64,000 nucleotides of DNA from Massalongia carnosa (taxonomy: Eukaryota), in assembly GCA_965645245.1 (NCBI GenBank), contig OZ287068.1, positions 124,001 through 188,000 on the forward strand. The letters run 5' to 3'. Position numbers and translations under genes: made by a program. Below are positions 62,714 through 64,000 of this stretch, piece by piece (position 1 is the first letter of the stretch; each line of letters starts with the position of its first letter). The notes under the pieces were generated by a model, which had not been told where the DNA came from, ran no database searches, and saw only the letters and a list, made by a program, of their open reading frames with translations.

Positions 62714-64000
62714 GAACAGTGATAGGTGTCAGGGGTCGACACCTAAAGAGAGAGGGGAACTATGTAGGGGGGTGGAGCGGTGATACTCTAAATTCAAATT
62801 GCTAGCGGTTCGGGAGTTGGTTCTTTTCGGTTGATACTCGGTAAAGGTAGCGGGGAAGTCAGGTGACAGTCTTTCTTTTAGTTTAGTTATAGATAGTTCT
62901 TTTCCTTATAGAGCAAGCATGCTCGTAGCAATAGCTACAACACATAGCATAAACACATACAGTTCACAGGCACGAGGCACGAGGCACGAGGCATACAGAG
63001 ACCAGTCTAGCTATTGTCCTTATTCTATTGTTCTGTTCTTCTCTTGTTTGTTTGTTCTCTTGCACTCCTAGCAGTAGTGGACCACGCACACCACCCAGTT
63101 CATCCTTCCACAACGTTTGTCCTAGTAAATCAGGCCCAAATCGACACATTTCTCTGAAGGTTTTGATAAGATCCTGCTCCGCTCGTTTCAACTGAGCGGC
63201 CTTCTTTTTGTCATCCTTCACCTTCTGTTGAGTTTTAGCCCATTGCTGTCTTTGTTGAACGTCTTCGAGGCTCAGGACTCGAGCCTTTCCACCATAGTGA
63301 GCCCCGTTACGATTGGCTCGATGATGCCGCCGTAAATTGGCCTGAAGAAGCTCGTTGTTGGTAATTCGTAGCAAGGTAGAGTCGGCAAAGGCGTATTTGG
63401 CCCCCTTTATCAATTTGTTTAGCGCTCGGGCGGGTGTCGAGTCTGAATTCTCATCAGATCGAATTCGACGAATCAATTGATCTAATTGATCGATATTTGC
63501 AGGTGTCTTTTCCACCTCGATGACAGCTTTCTGAGAACTCTGAATTATCGGAGTGTCAGGGTCAGAGACCGACGTTGTCTCCGGATCAATTCCGACATTC
63601 GTAAAAGTGGAAGTAGTGGTGGTGGTAGTAGTGGTGATGGTAGTGGTAATTATGCTGTCAGTCTTTCGCAATACCGATTGTTTATTAGAGAGTTTCTGAA
63701 GAACTAGAGAAGGATTGTATGGCACTAATCCGGTGACTCTCCACGCAGTGAGCACGTTTTTTGTGTTGATTGCTTCTTTTCTTGCTTTTTGTATGATCTT
63801 CAAAAAGTCCACCTTGTCAATCGAACAAACGTTGAATCGAGTGACGGCCTCCAGTTGTTTTTTATACTCCCGAGACAGGGGACCGAAAACGCTCACGTCT
63901 AGAGGTTGTAGTAAATGTGTAGTATGAGGAGGTAGACATAGAGGAATTATTTTCTTTTCATTGCAAAACTTGATAAATTCAGTAGAAATATGAGAAGCAT

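Larger units (their letters stand above)
54355..63112 (+). mobile_element. Ty3/Gypsy element 3 (no chromodomain), apparently intact
   Basis: 350-bp LTRs 54355-54704 and 62763-63112 (one difference seen). 4-bp TSD acgt at 54351-54354 and 63113-63116. tRNA-type PBS tggcgaccacg. PPT aaagagagagggg. Confidence 0.96.
47203..64000 (-). mobile_element. pogo/Fot1-like DNA transposon (runs off the window), split by three LTR elements
   Basis: DDE_1-type LCLPPHTTHLLQPLDVSVFGPL near 63880-63950. Coding pieces 63113-64000, 54311-54354, 53300-53420 and 47363-47435 join in frame. Candidate TIR acgtaatt... at 47203 with tcaacgggac direct repeats. Confidence 0.85.

Noticed and set aside
62964..63112. C-terminus of the 310-aa minus-strand ORF
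   Set aside because: Read-through into the Gypsy 3 LTR; the real transposase tail continues at 54354.

Overview
Eukaryotic DNA, most likely a filamentous ascomycete (inferred from short GT-AG introns with CTRAY-type branch sites and fungal-type transposon families). Most of the window is nested transposable elements: three Ty3/Gypsy elements (two chromoviruses and one with protease in ORF1 plus an extra ORF), two full Ty1/Copia elements and a fragment, a TRIM-like 890-bp LTR element, at least five solo LTRs, three Tad1-like LINEs, a Tc1/mariner, a pogo/Fot1-like transposon and a DIRS/Ngaro remnant. Boundaries and target-site duplications (TSDs) could be read for most of them. A non-TE island at about 20.3-32.1 kb holds one apparently intact 10-exon NLR-type gene (NACHT plus 16 near-identical 30/32-aa repeats plus a C-terminal hydrophobic module). 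It also holds a truncated SesB-like hydrolase ending in a candidate amyloid motif and ankyrin debris. The most striking item is a 639-bp non-coding retroelement (27476-28114; 13-bp TSD, poly(A) tail) whose first nucleotide is position 1 of an HDV-like self-cleaving ribozyme fold. All structures and counts were derived by eye; no searches or folding programs were run.
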